Source of the DNA: an uncultured virus (IMG/VR IMGVR_UViG_3300032214_001084)
Lineage: Duplodnaviria > Heunggongvirae > Uroviricota > Caudoviricetes
Direction: 5' to 3' (one strand)
DNA: 64,000 nt
IMG/VR virus record: IMGVR_UViG_3300032214_001084
Part shown: positions 27,240 to 37,130 of the stretch, piece after piece
Layout: the number at the start of each line of letters is the position of its first letter
Numbering within the stretch: position 1 is the first letter of the stretch
Notes under the pieces: model-generated
Database searches by the model: none
What the model was told of the DNA's origin: nothing
Seen by the model: the letters and a program-made list of their open reading frames with translations, nothing else
Translations under genes and position numbers: made by a program

Positions 27240-27636
27240 GACAAGAGTCGCATGTTAGGCGCAGCATAGCACCGGAGGTGTCCCAAAGTACATTAAAGGA
27301 TTATGGAGCTCACAGAGTGCAGGGAGCGCACGGAGACGTAGTAGGTGCAGCTCGCTTTTATTTTCTTTCTTTCTTTAATAGTCCAGTCTCCAACAAGACT
27401 AGTTTGAGACAAGCGCTTTTATCTTTTTAGAGACGTCTCTTTAATGTTCACCTAATAGTTTTCTAAGACTCTAACTTAATACGTTTATCTAGATACGACT
27501 CTAGTAACTTATCTTTTGTTAACTGTGCCCAATTTGGTTGTAGAGCGGGAGTTTTACAAAAAGTCTTTGAGGGAATTTTTTTTGGTAGCGGTTTGGGAAA
27601 ATACGGCCAGCCCGTGGTTTACATATATTCTTACGA
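27240..27636. other. AT-rich non-coding region at a divergent strand switch (candidate origin/regulatory region)
   Basis: Longest ORF-free gap; T-tracts; palindrome AGAGACGTCTCT at 27429-27440. Confidence 0.4.
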
Positions 27637-27837
27637 GTGTTTATACTTTGTAAAACCTGGAGGTGTACTGTGACTAAAACTACAGTCCGGCCTGTAGAAG
27701 AGCTTTCTTGGAAAGACTTACGGCAGAGGGCTACGGTGCTTGGTGTGCCAGCCTGGCAACTTGCCGAACAGTTGGTGTCTCACGAGAAAGACGGCCAGCT
27801 CGTATTTCGGATCTCTCTAGATAGCACAAAGGCGTAG
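27637..27837 (+). CDS. small hypothetical protein
   Basis: 66-aa ORF; start uncertain. Confidence 0.4.
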   Translation: MFILCKTWRCTVTKTTVRPVEELSWKDLRQRATVLGVPAWQLAEQLVSHEKDGQLVFRISLDSTKA

Positions 27838-27890
27838 AATTTAGACTCCCTCGGTTAAACTGGAGAATACGGGAGGGACTACGTTTGTAA

Positions 27891-28877
27891 ATGACTGAGA
27901 TCAACGTACCCGCCTGTCCCACTCATGGCGTATTACCTCGGGCGCTCCATAGTGAGTCTTTCCAAGGCATCGTCGAAGTCATTGAAGAACTCATCGGAAC
28001 GGTAAGCGGCGTGGGCACTACCAGTTATTCTCGCTGTCCTTACGGATACCCCTGGAATTTTGAAGGGGTTGTACGCGCCCTAGAAGATTTAAACACCAGC
28101 ATTAGCGGAATCTCCGGGGGCGGAGGCGGCGGCACTGCTAGTGGAATCGTTGCTGGCTCAGGTATTTATATAACGCAAAGCGGTTCATTTGAAGTTATCA
28201 ACGCAGTCCCCTCTACCTCGTCAGGGATTGTCGCTGGCTCTGGTATTTATATAAGTCAAAGTGGATCTTTTGAGGTTATTAACGCCACTATTACGTCTGC
28301 TTCTGGTCTGACCATATCAGCCGGTTCAGGTATCTATTTATCTGATGCAGGCACCAAAATCAACCTTGATGCGCTTGGAACAGGCAGCGTCACAGTTCTT
28401 TACAGTGGAACTACTGCCCTTATTAGCGGTACCGACACTCAAGGTGGAGGCGGAGGAGGCAGCGCTAGCGGTACTGCCGTTATTGTCTCTGGCGATCCTG
28501 GTACTGGTTATACCGCAGGTAGCTTGTGGTTTGACACAAACGAAGGCCGCCTCTTTGTTTACGCGTCAGGTAACGGCGTGTCCGATCCAGCGTGGTATCA
28601 GACCAACGCCGAAGCTATTGCGTCCAAAGGCGAGGCGCCTCCCTCCGGCACTGGTCTGAACGCACCCCCGCGTGACGGGTCGATTTGGTTCAACAGCCTT
28701 ATGGGCTCACTGTTTGTTTATGACGCAGTGACAAGCGGTTGGTACGAAACCGGACCTTCTAGAAGTTTTGCTTATGGACCTGCCGCACCGCCACCTAGCA
28801 CACAGGGTGCTGGCTGGTATGACAGCGCTAATAGTCATCTTCGTGTGTGGGATGGCAGCAGCTGGATTCAGGTTTAA
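27891..28877 (+). CDS. tail fibre/appendage protein
   Basis: AGSGIYI repeats; three G.LW[FY][DN]..G.L.V[YW]...W modules. Confidence 0.7.
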   Translation: MTEINVPACPTHGVLPRALHSESFQGIVEVIEELIGTVSGVGTTSYSRCPYGYPWNFEGVVRALEDLNTSISGISGGGGGGTASGIVAGSGIYITQSGSFEVINAVPSTSSGIVAGSGIYISQSGSFEVINATITSASGLTISAGSGIYLSDAGTKINLDALGTGSVTVLYSGTTALISGTDTQGGGGGGSASGTAVIVSGDPGTGYTAGSLWFDTNEGRLFVYASGNGVSDPAWYQTNAEAIASKGEAPPSGTGLNAPPRDGSIWFNSLMGSLFVYDAVTSGWYETGPSRSFAYGPAAPPPSTQGAGWYDSANSHLRVWDGSSWIQV

Positions 28878-28902
28878 TATCTAGCGGTCACTGCTTAGGC
28901 AC

Positions 28903-29028
28903 ATGGCCAAGCCCAAGAACACTCAACAGATTCAACCCAAGCCAAAGACCACTTCGATTGGGCATAGCGTTCTTTCGCGTCCTCGCCGACGCGGCAAGAA
29001 ACGTTATCGCGGCCAAGGTAAGGGCTAA
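28903..29028 (+). CDS. small basic protein (41 aa, not in ORF track)
   Basis: MAKPKNTQQIQPKPKTTSIG...KKRYRGQGKG, a common cyanophage mini-protein pattern; TAATAT box upstream. Confidence 0.6.
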   Translation: MAKPKNTQQIQPKPKTTSIGHSVLSRPRRRGKKRYRGQGKG

Positions 29029-29053
29029 ACTTATACATAGATAGTGGGCTGCG

Positions 29054-29536
29054 ATGGCTATTGCGAGTTTTAGAGCTGGTGAGACCATTGCAGCCGGTGA
29101 TGCTGTTTATGTCGACCCCTCAGACGGCTTAATTTTTAAAGCGAGTGCTTTAAACGCAACGCAAGCCAGCGTGGTTGGCGTCGCTATTGATAGTGGCTCT
29201 GTCGGAACCCTAATCAGAGTTAACGCAGATGGTATTTATCCGGGATTAAGCGGGCTCAGTCCTGGCGAGTATCAGTATCTGTCTGTTACGACTTCTGGCG
29301 CTCTGGTTGACTATGCAACTTGGTCTGCTGAGTTAGCTACTGTTAGTGTTAACGCGTATGTAACGAATATAGGTCGGGCGACGAGTGCTACTCAGCTAGC
29401 TGTTGAGATCGATCCACCCACTTTGGTCGTCAACCCAACGTCAGTTCTCATGCTTGAGTCCAGCTCAGGTATAACGATTGATGCTATCCTGTTAGAGGAT
29501 GGATCAACTATTGATCTAGAAACTGCTTCTGTGTAA
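29054..29536 (+). CDS. DUF2190/capsid-cement-like fibre domain protein
   Basis: AGETIAAGDAVYV...KASA....VVGVA...GLSPG.Y.YLS...IG.A.SAT.L. Confidence 0.6.
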   Translation: MAIASFRAGETIAAGDAVYVDPSDGLIFKASALNATQASVVGVAIDSGSVGTLIRVNADGIYPGLSGLSPGEYQYLSVTTSGALVDYATWSAELATVSVNAYVTNIGRATSATQLAVEIDPPTLVVNPTSVLMLESSSGITIDAILLEDGSTIDLETASV

Positions 29537-29541
29537 TCGCA

Positions 29542-30183
29542 ATGGCAAGTCAGAAGATATCCCAACTGACAGCGATTACAACAGTCGCTAGTGGTGATTA
29601 TTTTCCTATTGTACGCGCATCAGGTGTAACTAACCAACGTGTTGAAGTTGGTGTACTAGATGCTCGCTATACTTTGGCGGCAAGCGGCGTAGCCGCTCAG
29701 AGCACGGCTAATACTGCACTATCTTCCGGTATTGCTGCTCAGAGTACAGCTAATACTGCACTTTCTAGTGGTAATGCTGCTCAGAGCACGGCTAATACTG
29801 CACTTGCTAGTGGTAACGCTGGACTTTTAGCGGTCGGATCACGCTACGCCATTTCCGGTGGCCTTATTGATGGCCAAGTGCGTAGTGTCATCACTGCACT
29901 TGGTCTGAACGGCAGCGGCATTCCCTGCACATCGGGTAACTTTTTCACTGCGATTCTTAGTGGTAACTCTTCCGTTTATTTCACTGGGGTCCCGGCAGCT
30001 TCTTATAGCTTGGCTTACGAAGTTCGCCATGACACAGGCACTATAACTTGGCCTACATCTGTTACTTGGCCTAGCGCTACTGCACCGACTTTAACTACAG
30101 GGAAAACACATTTATTTATGTTCGTCACAGACGACAGCGGTACAACTTGGCGAGCTTCTTCTTTGATTAATTATACGACTTGA
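29542..30183 (+). CDS. fibre protein
   Basis: KISQLTA N-terminal motif, 14-aa repeats, C-terminal TITWP.SV.WP..TAPTLT.GKTHLF.FVT.D.GTTW domain. Confidence 0.7.
   Translation: MASQKISQLTAITTVASGDYFPIVRASGVTNQRVEVGVLDARYTLAASGVAAQSTANTALSSGIAAQSTANTALSSGNAAQSTANTALASGNAGLLAVGSRYAISGGLIDGQVRSVITALGLNGSGIPCTSGNFFTAILSGNSSVYFTGVPAASYSLAYEVRHDTGTITWPTSVTWPSATAPTLTTGKTHLFMFVTDDSGTTWRASSLINYTT
29692..29817 (+). repeat. three tandem 42-nt repeats (AAQSTANTAL[SA]SG[IN])
   Basis: Near-identical gctcagag[ct]ac[ag]gctaatactgcact units. Confidence 0.85.
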
Positions 30184-30188
30184 TATAA

Positions 30189-32165
30189 ATGGATTCCACT
30201 ACTCTCAGGCTTATGCAGGGTGCCGCTGGTGCAGCAAGTGCTGGCACTTACGTCGAAGATGTCTTCAGCACCTGGCTGTATACCGGCAACGGCAGCACGC
30301 AGACGATCACGAATGGGATTGATCTGGCCGGGAAGGGGGGATTGGTTTGGATTAAAAGCAGAAATATTGCTGGGTCTGCTCAGGTTAATTCGCAGATCCC
30401 GCAATACAATCATTTTCTTTTCGATACTTTAAGAACCAATCAAAACGCCTTAAACACAGCTTCTAATTTTGGCCAAGATTCTACCTGGGGCGCTCTGTAC
30501 TTAAATTTTTTATCCACTGGTTTTAATGTCGGAAACGCATCAAACATTTATACCAATGAATCCGCTACTACATACGCCTCCTGGACTTTCCGCGAGGCGG
30601 AGAAGTTCTTTGATGTCTGCACGTGGACCGGTTCGGGCGCGAACCGCACCATCAGCCACAACCTAGGCAGCGTGCCCGGCTGCATCATTGTCAAGCGCAC
30701 GGATACCACTGGTGACTGGCAGGTTTACCACCGCAGCCTCGCCAACACCGAATACATGGTGCTGAACAGCACCGCTGCTAAAGCAACAGGCGCCACCCGC
30801 TGGAATAGCACCACACCGACCAGCACGGTCTTCAGTCTTGGCACTGATGCCACTGTGAACGCCTCCGGCGGCACCTACGTCGCCTACCTGTTCGCGCACG
30901 ACGCTGGCGGGTTTGGCGATAGTGGCAATGACAGTGTGGTGAGTTGCGGGACTTTTACGACAGACGGAAGTGGCACTGCCACAGTCACGCTGGGCTGGGA
31001 ACCGCAGTGGTTGCTAATAAAAAGTCCTAGTATCGCAGGGAATTGGTTATTAATAGATAACATGCGCGGATGGAGTGCCGGTAACGACGCATTTTCGTTT
31101 GCAAATACTTCCGGCGCTGAAGCAACAGGAAGCGATTTTGGTGAATGCAACTCTACGGGGTTTAGCATGAAAAGTATTGGGGCTAACCTCAGTGTGGTCT
31201 ACATCGCCATCCGCCGTGGGCCGATGAAGACGCCCACCGATGCCACGAAGGTGTTTAATGCTGCAATCACTACAACTGTCTCTCCAACAACTACTTTTAC
31301 GCCTGGCTTTCCCGCAGATTCACTGTGGGTCGGCTTCAGGGCAAATGCTATTAGCCCCAGAACTCACGACAGATTACGAGGTTCGTTTTACTTAGAAACA
31401 GCAACGACTGCGGCTGACGCTGCTGTAACTGTTAATTGGGATCAACAAAATAATCTCGGCTTAAGTACAGCTAACGGACTCAGTATTGTCGATTACGGCT
31501 TCCGCCGCGCCCCCGGCTTCTTCGACGCCGTTTGTTACACCGGCACGGGAAGTAGTGCTCAAGTTGTAAGCCATAATCTAACAGTTGTTCCTGAACTCTT
31601 TATACTAAAGCGTAGGTCCAGTGGTACTGGACAGGACATGGGCTGGCCTGTCGCCGTCAAGCAGGGATCGGACGGCATATATTTTATACCCGGTGCATCG
31701 TCCGGTTTAAATACGAATGGCTCCGGCTTTGTTCAGCCAGGGTACTGGTCTTTAGGTTTTACTTCTACGACCTTCACACCTGGGGAAGCCACACTGTCCA
31801 GCCCCGGAGGGTTTACAAGCGGTCAAACATATATCGCCTACCTCTTCGCTTCCTGCCCTGGCGTGAGCAAAGTCGGTAGCTACACCGGCACCGGCACCAC
31901 GCTCAACATTGACTGCGGATTCACAGCAGGCGCACGGTTTGTTCTAATCAAGCGTGCGGATTCCACAGGCGACTGGTACGTCTGGGATACCGCTCGCGGC
32001 ATTGTTAGCGGTAACGATCCCTACCTGCTTCTCAATTCCGCTGCTGCAGAAGTCACCGGTACCGACTACATCGATCCGCTGAGTTCTGGCTTCCAGATCA
32101 GCTCCACTGCCCCTGCCGCCATCAACGCAAACGGTGGCAGCTTCGTGTTTCTTGCCATCTCGTGA
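30189..32165 (+). CDS. tail fibre / receptor-binding protein
   Basis: Repeated YTG[NT]G...[HN]L...P.L..IK.R modules typical of aquatic-phage tail proteins. Confidence 0.8.
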   Translation: MDSTTLRLMQGAAGAASAGTYVEDVFSTWLYTGNGSTQTITNGIDLAGKGGLVWIKSRNIAGSAQVNSQIPQYNHFLFDTLRTNQNALNTASNFGQDSTWGALYLNFLSTGFNVGNASNIYTNESATTYASWTFREAEKFFDVCTWTGSGANRTISHNLGSVPGCIIVKRTDTTGDWQVYHRSLANTEYMVLNSTAAKATGATRWNSTTPTSTVFSLGTDATVNASGGTYVAYLFAHDAGGFGDSGNDSVVSCGTFTTDGSGTATVTLGWEPQWLLIKSPSIAGNWLLIDNMRGWSAGNDAFSFANTSGAEATGSDFGECNSTGFSMKSIGANLSVVYIAIRRGPMKTPTDATKVFNAAITTTVSPTTTFTPGFPADSLWVGFRANAISPRTHDRLRGSFYLETATTAADAAVTVNWDQQNNLGLSTANGLSIVDYGFRRAPGFFDAVCYTGTGSSAQVVSHNLTVVPELFILKRRSSGTGQDMGWPVAVKQGSDGIYFIPGASSGLNTNGSGFVQPGYWSLGFTSTTFTPGEATLSSPGGFTSGQTYIAYLFASCPGVSKVGSYTGTGTTLNIDCGFTAGARFVLIKRADSTGDWYVWDTARGIVSGNDPYLLLNSAAAEVTGTDYIDPLSSGFQISSTAPAAINANGGSFVFLAIS

Positions 32166-32680
32166 ACATCATGGAACTCCGCAACCGCACCACCGGCGCC
32201 GTCATCACTGAAGACGAGTTTCGCCGCTCCAACCCCAACACCAGCTTCCCGCCGCAGCTGACCGCTGAAATCATCAGCGATTTCGGCTACGACCCCGTGC
32301 TGGAAGGCCCCCAAGCCACCACCGTACCGCCCTACCAGTACAGCCAACGTGATGGCGTGGTGGAAGTGAACGGTCAGTGGTTCACGCACTACATTGCCGG
32401 TCCTGTCTTCCAGGATTACACCGACGACGAAGGCGTGGTACACACCGCTGCTGAGCAGTATGAGGCGTATTGTTTCGCCAAAGATGCTGAGCAGGGCAAA
32501 GCCGTCCGCGAAGATCGCAACCGCCGCTTGGCTGAATGCGATTGGACCCAGCTTGCTGATAGCCCGCTCGACCCTGATGGCAAAGGCGCTTGGGCGCTCT
32601 ACCGCGAAACACTCCGCATGGTGCCGCAACAGGCTGGCTTCCCCTGGAATGTGCAGTGGCCACCTAAGCCTGGAAGCTGA
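32162..32680 (+). CDS. tail fibre assembly chaperone-like protein
   Basis: VREDRNRRLAECDWTQLAD...WALYR..LR.VPQQ.GFP.NV.WP.KP. Confidence 0.8.
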   Translation: MNIMELRNRTTGAVITEDEFRRSNPNTSFPPQLTAEIISDFGYDPVLEGPQATTVPPYQYSQRDGVVEVNGQWFTHYIAGPVFQDYTDDEGVVHTAAEQYEAYCFAKDAEQGKAVREDRNRRLAECDWTQLADSPLDPDGKGAWALYRETLRMVPQQAGFPWNVQWPPKPGS

Positions 32681-32769
32681 TGCTGTCTATTTTTGCCCTT
32701 GGGTCTCTAGGTTTCCTGTTGTTAATGGGGTATAGCCTGATGGCGATCAACCCTCGTGATGACGACTGA
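32680..32769 (+). CDS. 29-aa single-helix membrane microprotein (not in ORF track)
   Basis: MLSIFALGSLGFLLLMGYSLMAINPRDDD; ATG overlaps the chaperone stop (TGATG). Confidence 0.45.
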   Translation: MLSIFALGSLGFLLLMGYSLMAINPRDDD

Positions 32770-32819
32770 GTTTGAGACCTCGGTTATAATTTAGTGATCG
32801 GAAGTCTTGGTTTTAAATA

Positions 32820-33323
32820 GTGACGGAACGCGCCATTTTTAACCGCAAATACACGGACTTCACGCCCGGCGGCACACAGGTGTGGCTTGTGAATGGCGCT
32901 GGCGTTACAACCAGTGCCGCGTCGACCCAAAACTTCACCGCTGGCTCAAATTTAATTCAAGGCCAGGTCGTCTATGTGAGCGGTACATATGCGCTGCCGG
33001 CGTCTGCGGCTAGCGGCGTTGCTCCTGAGCGGTATCAGGCGATTGGTATTACTGCTGCGGCTGCTTCAAATGGATCGAGTGTTGCTGTAAATCTTGACGA
33101 TATTGCTGTTGTTAGTGACGTTAATATCACCGCCGATGCGGTTCTGGTTCCGGGCCAGTTTTATTATTTGTCCCAGTACAGCGGCGAGTTAACTCGTTAC
33201 AGCACTGCCTCGGGTACTGTAACTGCGGCTAGCGGATATGCTGCTCTTGTTAATTTAGGTTTAGCACTCAGTACGACTGAGTTGCACGTCGAAATCCAGC
33301 CCCCCGTGGACCTCTTCAGCTAG
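32820..33323 (+). CDS. DUF2190/capsid-cement-like fibre domain protein
   Basis: Paralogous to 29054..29536 (AG.NL..G.VVYV...AIGI...LVPG..YYLS...LG.ALSTT.L). Confidence 0.6.
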   Translation: MTERAIFNRKYTDFTPGGTQVWLVNGAGVTTSAASTQNFTAGSNLIQGQVVYVSGTYALPASAASGVAPERYQAIGITAAAASNGSSVAVNLDDIAVVSDVNITADAVLVPGQFYYLSQYSGELTRYSTASGTVTAASGYAALVNLGLALSTTELHVEIQPPVDLFS

Positions 33324-33348
33324 GTCTCGTTTTTATTGAGGTTCTGCC

Positions 33349-35205
33349 ATGGTTACCCGTCGCCCTCTTGTTGTTCAGGATGGTTATATTGCTGAGCTTC
33401 CTGTCGGCGATACGGTAACTGCTGGCACTTCGACGACTCAAGTTGTTGCGGGTAGTGGTTTAGTTGGCGGCGGCTCGGTTTCGACGAACCCTCGTGTTGA
33501 TTTAGCTTTAGCTCCTAATCCGAGTGGGGTTATTTATGTTGGCGACGCACTCGGGATTGATGGTTTTGATCAGGTCACGTCTGACGCAGCTTTAGCTAGT
33601 GGCTCAGCTGCTGCAGTTCTTGCGGATGCTGCTTTAGCTAGTGGGAACTCGTCCTTAGTTACCGCTACTGCGGCACTTGCTTCGGGCAACGCAGCGCTGG
33701 GTCTGATTCCCGTCCCCGGCCCTGGCGGCAACTTTGCTCGGTTTACGGCTGCCAGTGCAATCGCTTCGGGATATCCCGTGGGCGTTGATGATACTGGAAG
33801 GGTGCAAAGTATTAGAAATGAAATTTTTGATTTTTCAAACCCAATGCGTTTCCCTGACACAGCGACTCAATTTTCAAGCCTTACCCAACCTTATATTGAT
33901 ACAGGTTATTTTTTTAGTTTTAATAGGTGTATAGTAGCATATCCAGATCAGAGTAACAGTAACTACGGTACAGTACGTATCATTAGTTTTTCTGGTACAT
34001 CTATTTCAGTTAGTTCACCTTTTATTTTTGCTTCATCTAGTGTAAATGCTCAGCTAACTGTTACTATTGACACAGCTTTATCGCGAGCTGTTATTTGTTA
34101 TCAAGATGTGTCTACTACTTCTTACCCTACAGCTGTGATAGGGTATCTTACAAGTGGTGGCGCCTCCATTAGTTTTGCTGGTACTACTACTATTGCATCC
34201 ATCAACGTAGGCACAATTAAATCTGTATACGATTCTACTAATTCTAAAGTTGTTATTGCGTATGACAACTTATCCACATCTCGCGGTACTGCTATTGTCG
34301 GAACTGTTTCTTCGTTTGCGATTTCTTTTGGCACCAGTGTTAATTTTGAATTAGGGGGCAATACTAGCAGTATTGCCATGGCCTTTGATTCCACAAATAG
34401 TAAAGTTGTAATATCCTATCAAGACAATACTGCCAGTAACTATGGTCAATCTATTATTGGTACTGTTTCTGGTACATCTATTTCTTTCGGTACTATGGTA
34501 GTCTTTAATAGTAGTATTTCGCTCATAAATTCTAGTGTGTATGATCCTATTAATAATCGAGTTGTAATTTCGTATCTAGATGGAGGTAGTGGATATGTGG
34601 GTAAAGTAATTGTCGGTACTGTTGCCGGTACGTCTATATCATTTGGGTCTGCGGTTACGATAACAGGCGCTCAGGATATTGTACTTAGTTATGACAGCTT
34701 TTATCGAAAAATTATAGCTGGCTATCAGTCTGGTTCTTCCGGGTTAAGTGTTGTTGGAACTGTTTCAGGTACATCTATTTCCTTTTCTCCGAACGCTGCA
34801 ACTATTGGAAGTTTTACGGATGGTTTACGTTCTGTTTACAGCACCACCTCTAGACGTACTGTTTTTGCTTGGAAGTCTGGCGCCACAGGGCAAGGTTTTG
34901 TAAATGCTGCCCAGGAGCTCCAAGCCAGCGGAGTAGCTCCCACTCAGAACTCTCTTAACAACGTACTTGGGATTTCTCAATCTACCGTGGCGAGCGGCGC
35001 TCTCTGCACTATCAGCTTGCCTGGAACTTTATACAATAATCCGACAGCAAACTTGACACCTGGTTCGTTCTATTATGTTAACCCTACAACCAGTGGTATT
35101 ACTACATCTACAACTCAGCCTGCTTATTGGGCTGGACAAGTCCCCTGGAATTACATCGGTCGCGCTGTGTCGACGAGTGGTTTAATGCTGCTCAAGTCAA
35201 TTTAA
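33349..35205 (+). CDS. fibre paralogue 1 with inserted beta-propeller-like repeats
   Basis: Shared N-terminus RRPLV...ELP.GD..AGSGL.GGG; repeats YDSTNSKVVI.Y...GTVSGTSISFG. Confidence 0.75.
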   Translation: MVTRRPLVVQDGYIAELPVGDTVTAGTSTTQVVAGSGLVGGGSVSTNPRVDLALAPNPSGVIYVGDALGIDGFDQVTSDAALASGSAAAVLADAALASGNSSLVTATAALASGNAALGLIPVPGPGGNFARFTAASAIASGYPVGVDDTGRVQSIRNEIFDFSNPMRFPDTATQFSSLTQPYIDTGYFFSFNRCIVAYPDQSNSNYGTVRIISFSGTSISVSSPFIFASSSVNAQLTVTIDTALSRAVICYQDVSTTSYPTAVIGYLTSGGASISFAGTTTIASINVGTIKSVYDSTNSKVVIAYDNLSTSRGTAIVGTVSSFAISFGTSVNFELGGNTSSIAMAFDSTNSKVVISYQDNTASNYGQSIIGTVSGTSISFGTMVVFNSSISLINSSVYDPINNRVVISYLDGGSGYVGKVIVGTVAGTSISFGSAVTITGAQDIVLSYDSFYRKIIAGYQSGSSGLSVVGTVSGTSISFSPNAATIGSFTDGLRSVYSTTSRRTVFAWKSGATGQGFVNAAQELQASGVAPTQNSLNNVLGISQSTVASGALCTISLPGTLYNNPTANLTPGSFYYVNPTTSGITTSTTQPAYWAGQVPWNYIGRAVSTSGLMLLKSI

Positions 35206-35239
35206 CTGGGGCTAAAGTATATTTAGAAGTTGGTTTGTT

Positions 35240-35989
35240 ATGGTAGCTCGTCGCCCTGTCGTTTCTATTAGCGGTCAGCAGACTGAGCTACCTCCTGGCG
35301 ATTCGATTGCCGGCGGCTCTGTCGGTACCTTAACTGCCGGCAGTGGTTTAAACGGCGGCGGCGATTTATCGAGCACGACCACAGTTAATGTTTCGCTGGC
35401 TCCTAACCCCAGCGGTTTAATTCTGGTTGATAACAAATACCTTGCTACTGATGGTGTTGCGCAACGGACTGCGACTACCGCTCTAGAGAGTGGTAATTAT
35501 TCGCTTAGTGTAGGATCTGCTGCACTGGCGAGTGGTATTGCTGGTGATTCTTTAGCTACTGCAGCTTTAGCCAGTGGCAACGCTGCTCTAGCTGCTATTG
35601 CAGCAGTTCCGGTTGGGCAGATTCGACAGTTCACGGCTGCTAGCACAATTTCTGTTGGAAATGCTGTAGGTTTAGACGCTTCTAATAGGGTTCAGAGCAT
35701 ACGAGTTATCGGCGGTGTTATCTACCCTTATATAAGTTCTCAAAATAATTTTATTGGTGTAGCTCAAACTTCTGCGGCTAGTGGCTCTGTAGTTTCCATA
35801 CGTCTGCCAGGTTCTTATGATCGAACAAATAGTGGCCTCACTACGGGTGCTCTTTATTACGTCAACCCAACGACCAGTGGCTTTACTACTACTGCAACCC
35901 AGCCAGCTGGCTGGACAGGAGCAGTGAGCTGGGGACCTGTTGGACGGGCGGTTAATTCGACCACCTTGTTACTGACTGACATGATTTAG
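35240..35989 (+). CDS. fibre paralogue 2
   Basis: Same N- and C-terminal domains as 33349..35205 without the insert. Confidence 0.72.
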   Translation: MVARRPVVSISGQQTELPPGDSIAGGSVGTLTAGSGLNGGGDLSSTTTVNVSLAPNPSGLILVDNKYLATDGVAQRTATTALESGNYSLSVGSAALASGIAGDSLATAALASGNAALAAIAAVPVGQIRQFTAASTISVGNAVGLDASNRVQSIRVIGGVIYPYISSQNNFIGVAQTSAASGSVVSIRLPGSYDRTNSGLTTGALYYVNPTTSGFTTTATQPAGWTGAVSWGPVGRAVNSTTLLLTDMI

Positions 35990-36021
35990 TCAGTTACACT
36001 GTCTTAGTGCTTTAAAGCCTC

Positions 36022-36297
36022 ATGAAAACCATTTGTCGCCTGGCTGACTTCCAAGTCCCAAACGTCAGCATTTACCTATTTCAAGATGCCAAGCCTGTGT
36101 CGATCGAAGCCGATCGCACCGTGGTCGGCGACCCCGCTGATCCTGATTTGATCATCGCGGATTGCAAAACTTCGAACTGCGTGCTCGAAGAAGGCGTGAC
36201 TGATCCTGGCGATTGGTTCGGCTGGAAGTACACCTACACCTCCAGCGGTGGTTGGGCACTTAACCCTGGCTGGGTTGACCCCCGCACTCAAGTCTGA
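36022..36297 (+). CDS. small fibre-associated protein
   Basis: VTDP.DW.G.KY.Y....W.LNP.W.DP pattern. Confidence 0.6.
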   Translation: MKTICRLADFQVPNVSIYLFQDAKPVSIEADRTVVGDPADPDLIIADCKTSNCVLEEGVTDPGDWFGWKYTYTSSGGWALNPGWVDPRTQV

Positions 36298-36334
36298 TCG
36301 GATCGGATAAAATAAAGTTAACTAGGCGGTTGAG

Positions 36335-37072
36335 ATGGCTGAGAGACTTCCTCTTGTTTACGTCGACGGAGGACTCAGCCAGCTCCCGCCTGGTGACAGC
36401 GTTGATGGTGTTCAGCTCGGCACGCTGACTGCAGGTAGTGGTTTAGTTGGCGGCGGCGATCTCAATACAGGAAATAAGAGACTTGATGTTGGACTAGCTT
36501 CCGTTGCAAGTGGCGTAATTTTTGTAGGGGACGCCATCGGCCTTGATGGTGTAGCTCAAGATCTTGCGTATCAAGCTACTTTTTCTGGTTATGCCGGTTT
36601 ACAGCTTTCTCAAGCTGCACTTGCAAGCGGCGTGGCAGCCCAAGCAAAAGCGTCCACTGCCCTTGCTTCTGGTAATGCTGCTCTGAGTGCTGCAGTAAGT
36701 TATTCACCTAATAACTCTGTTGTTTTTACAGCAGCATCGACTGTTGCTAGTGGAAATGCTGTTGGTTTAGACGATACGGGACGCGTTCAAATCATTCAGG
36801 CAAGCAGCCCCACGATCGGAGGTCGAAATAACTTTATCGGCACCGCTCAAGCAAGTGTAAGTAGCGGCACTAGCGTTCGTGTGTTACTACCTAGAGATAT
36901 TGATTACAACCGCACTGGCGGACTGACACCTGGCTTGTTTTATTTTCTAAATACAACAGGAGGTTTTACAACATCCTCAGGACAACCTGTAACTTGGTCA
37001 GGTGCTTATACATGGGGACCTGTTGCTAAAGCTGTGTCGTCTTCAGGATTACTTCTTTTGAATCCTCTTTGA
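36335..37072 (+). CDS. fibre paralogue 3
   Basis: Collinear with 35240..35989. Confidence 0.72.
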   Translation: MAERLPLVYVDGGLSQLPPGDSVDGVQLGTLTAGSGLVGGGDLNTGNKRLDVGLASVASGVIFVGDAIGLDGVAQDLAYQATFSGYAGLQLSQAALASGVAAQAKASTALASGNAALSAAVSYSPNNSVVFTAASTVASGNAVGLDDTGRVQIIQASSPTIGGRNNFIGTAQASVSSGTSVRVLLPRDIDYNRTGGLTPGLFYFLNTTGGFTTSSGQPVTWSGAYTWGPVAKAVSSSGLLLLNPL

Positions 37073-37130
37073 TTTCGCGTCAGTTATAACAAAACCCTGA
37101 CTTAGAATAGACGCAGCCGCACTCACATTT

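Noticed and set aside
29692..29817. Tandem repeats as a CRISPR array
   Set aside because: In-frame 42-nt coding repeats with no unique spacers; no cas operon (the Cas4-like nuclease is a routine phage exonuclease).
33349..37072. Diversity-generating retroelement behind the fibre paralogues
   Set aside because: No reverse transcriptase and no near-identical template/variable repeat pair differing at adenines seen.
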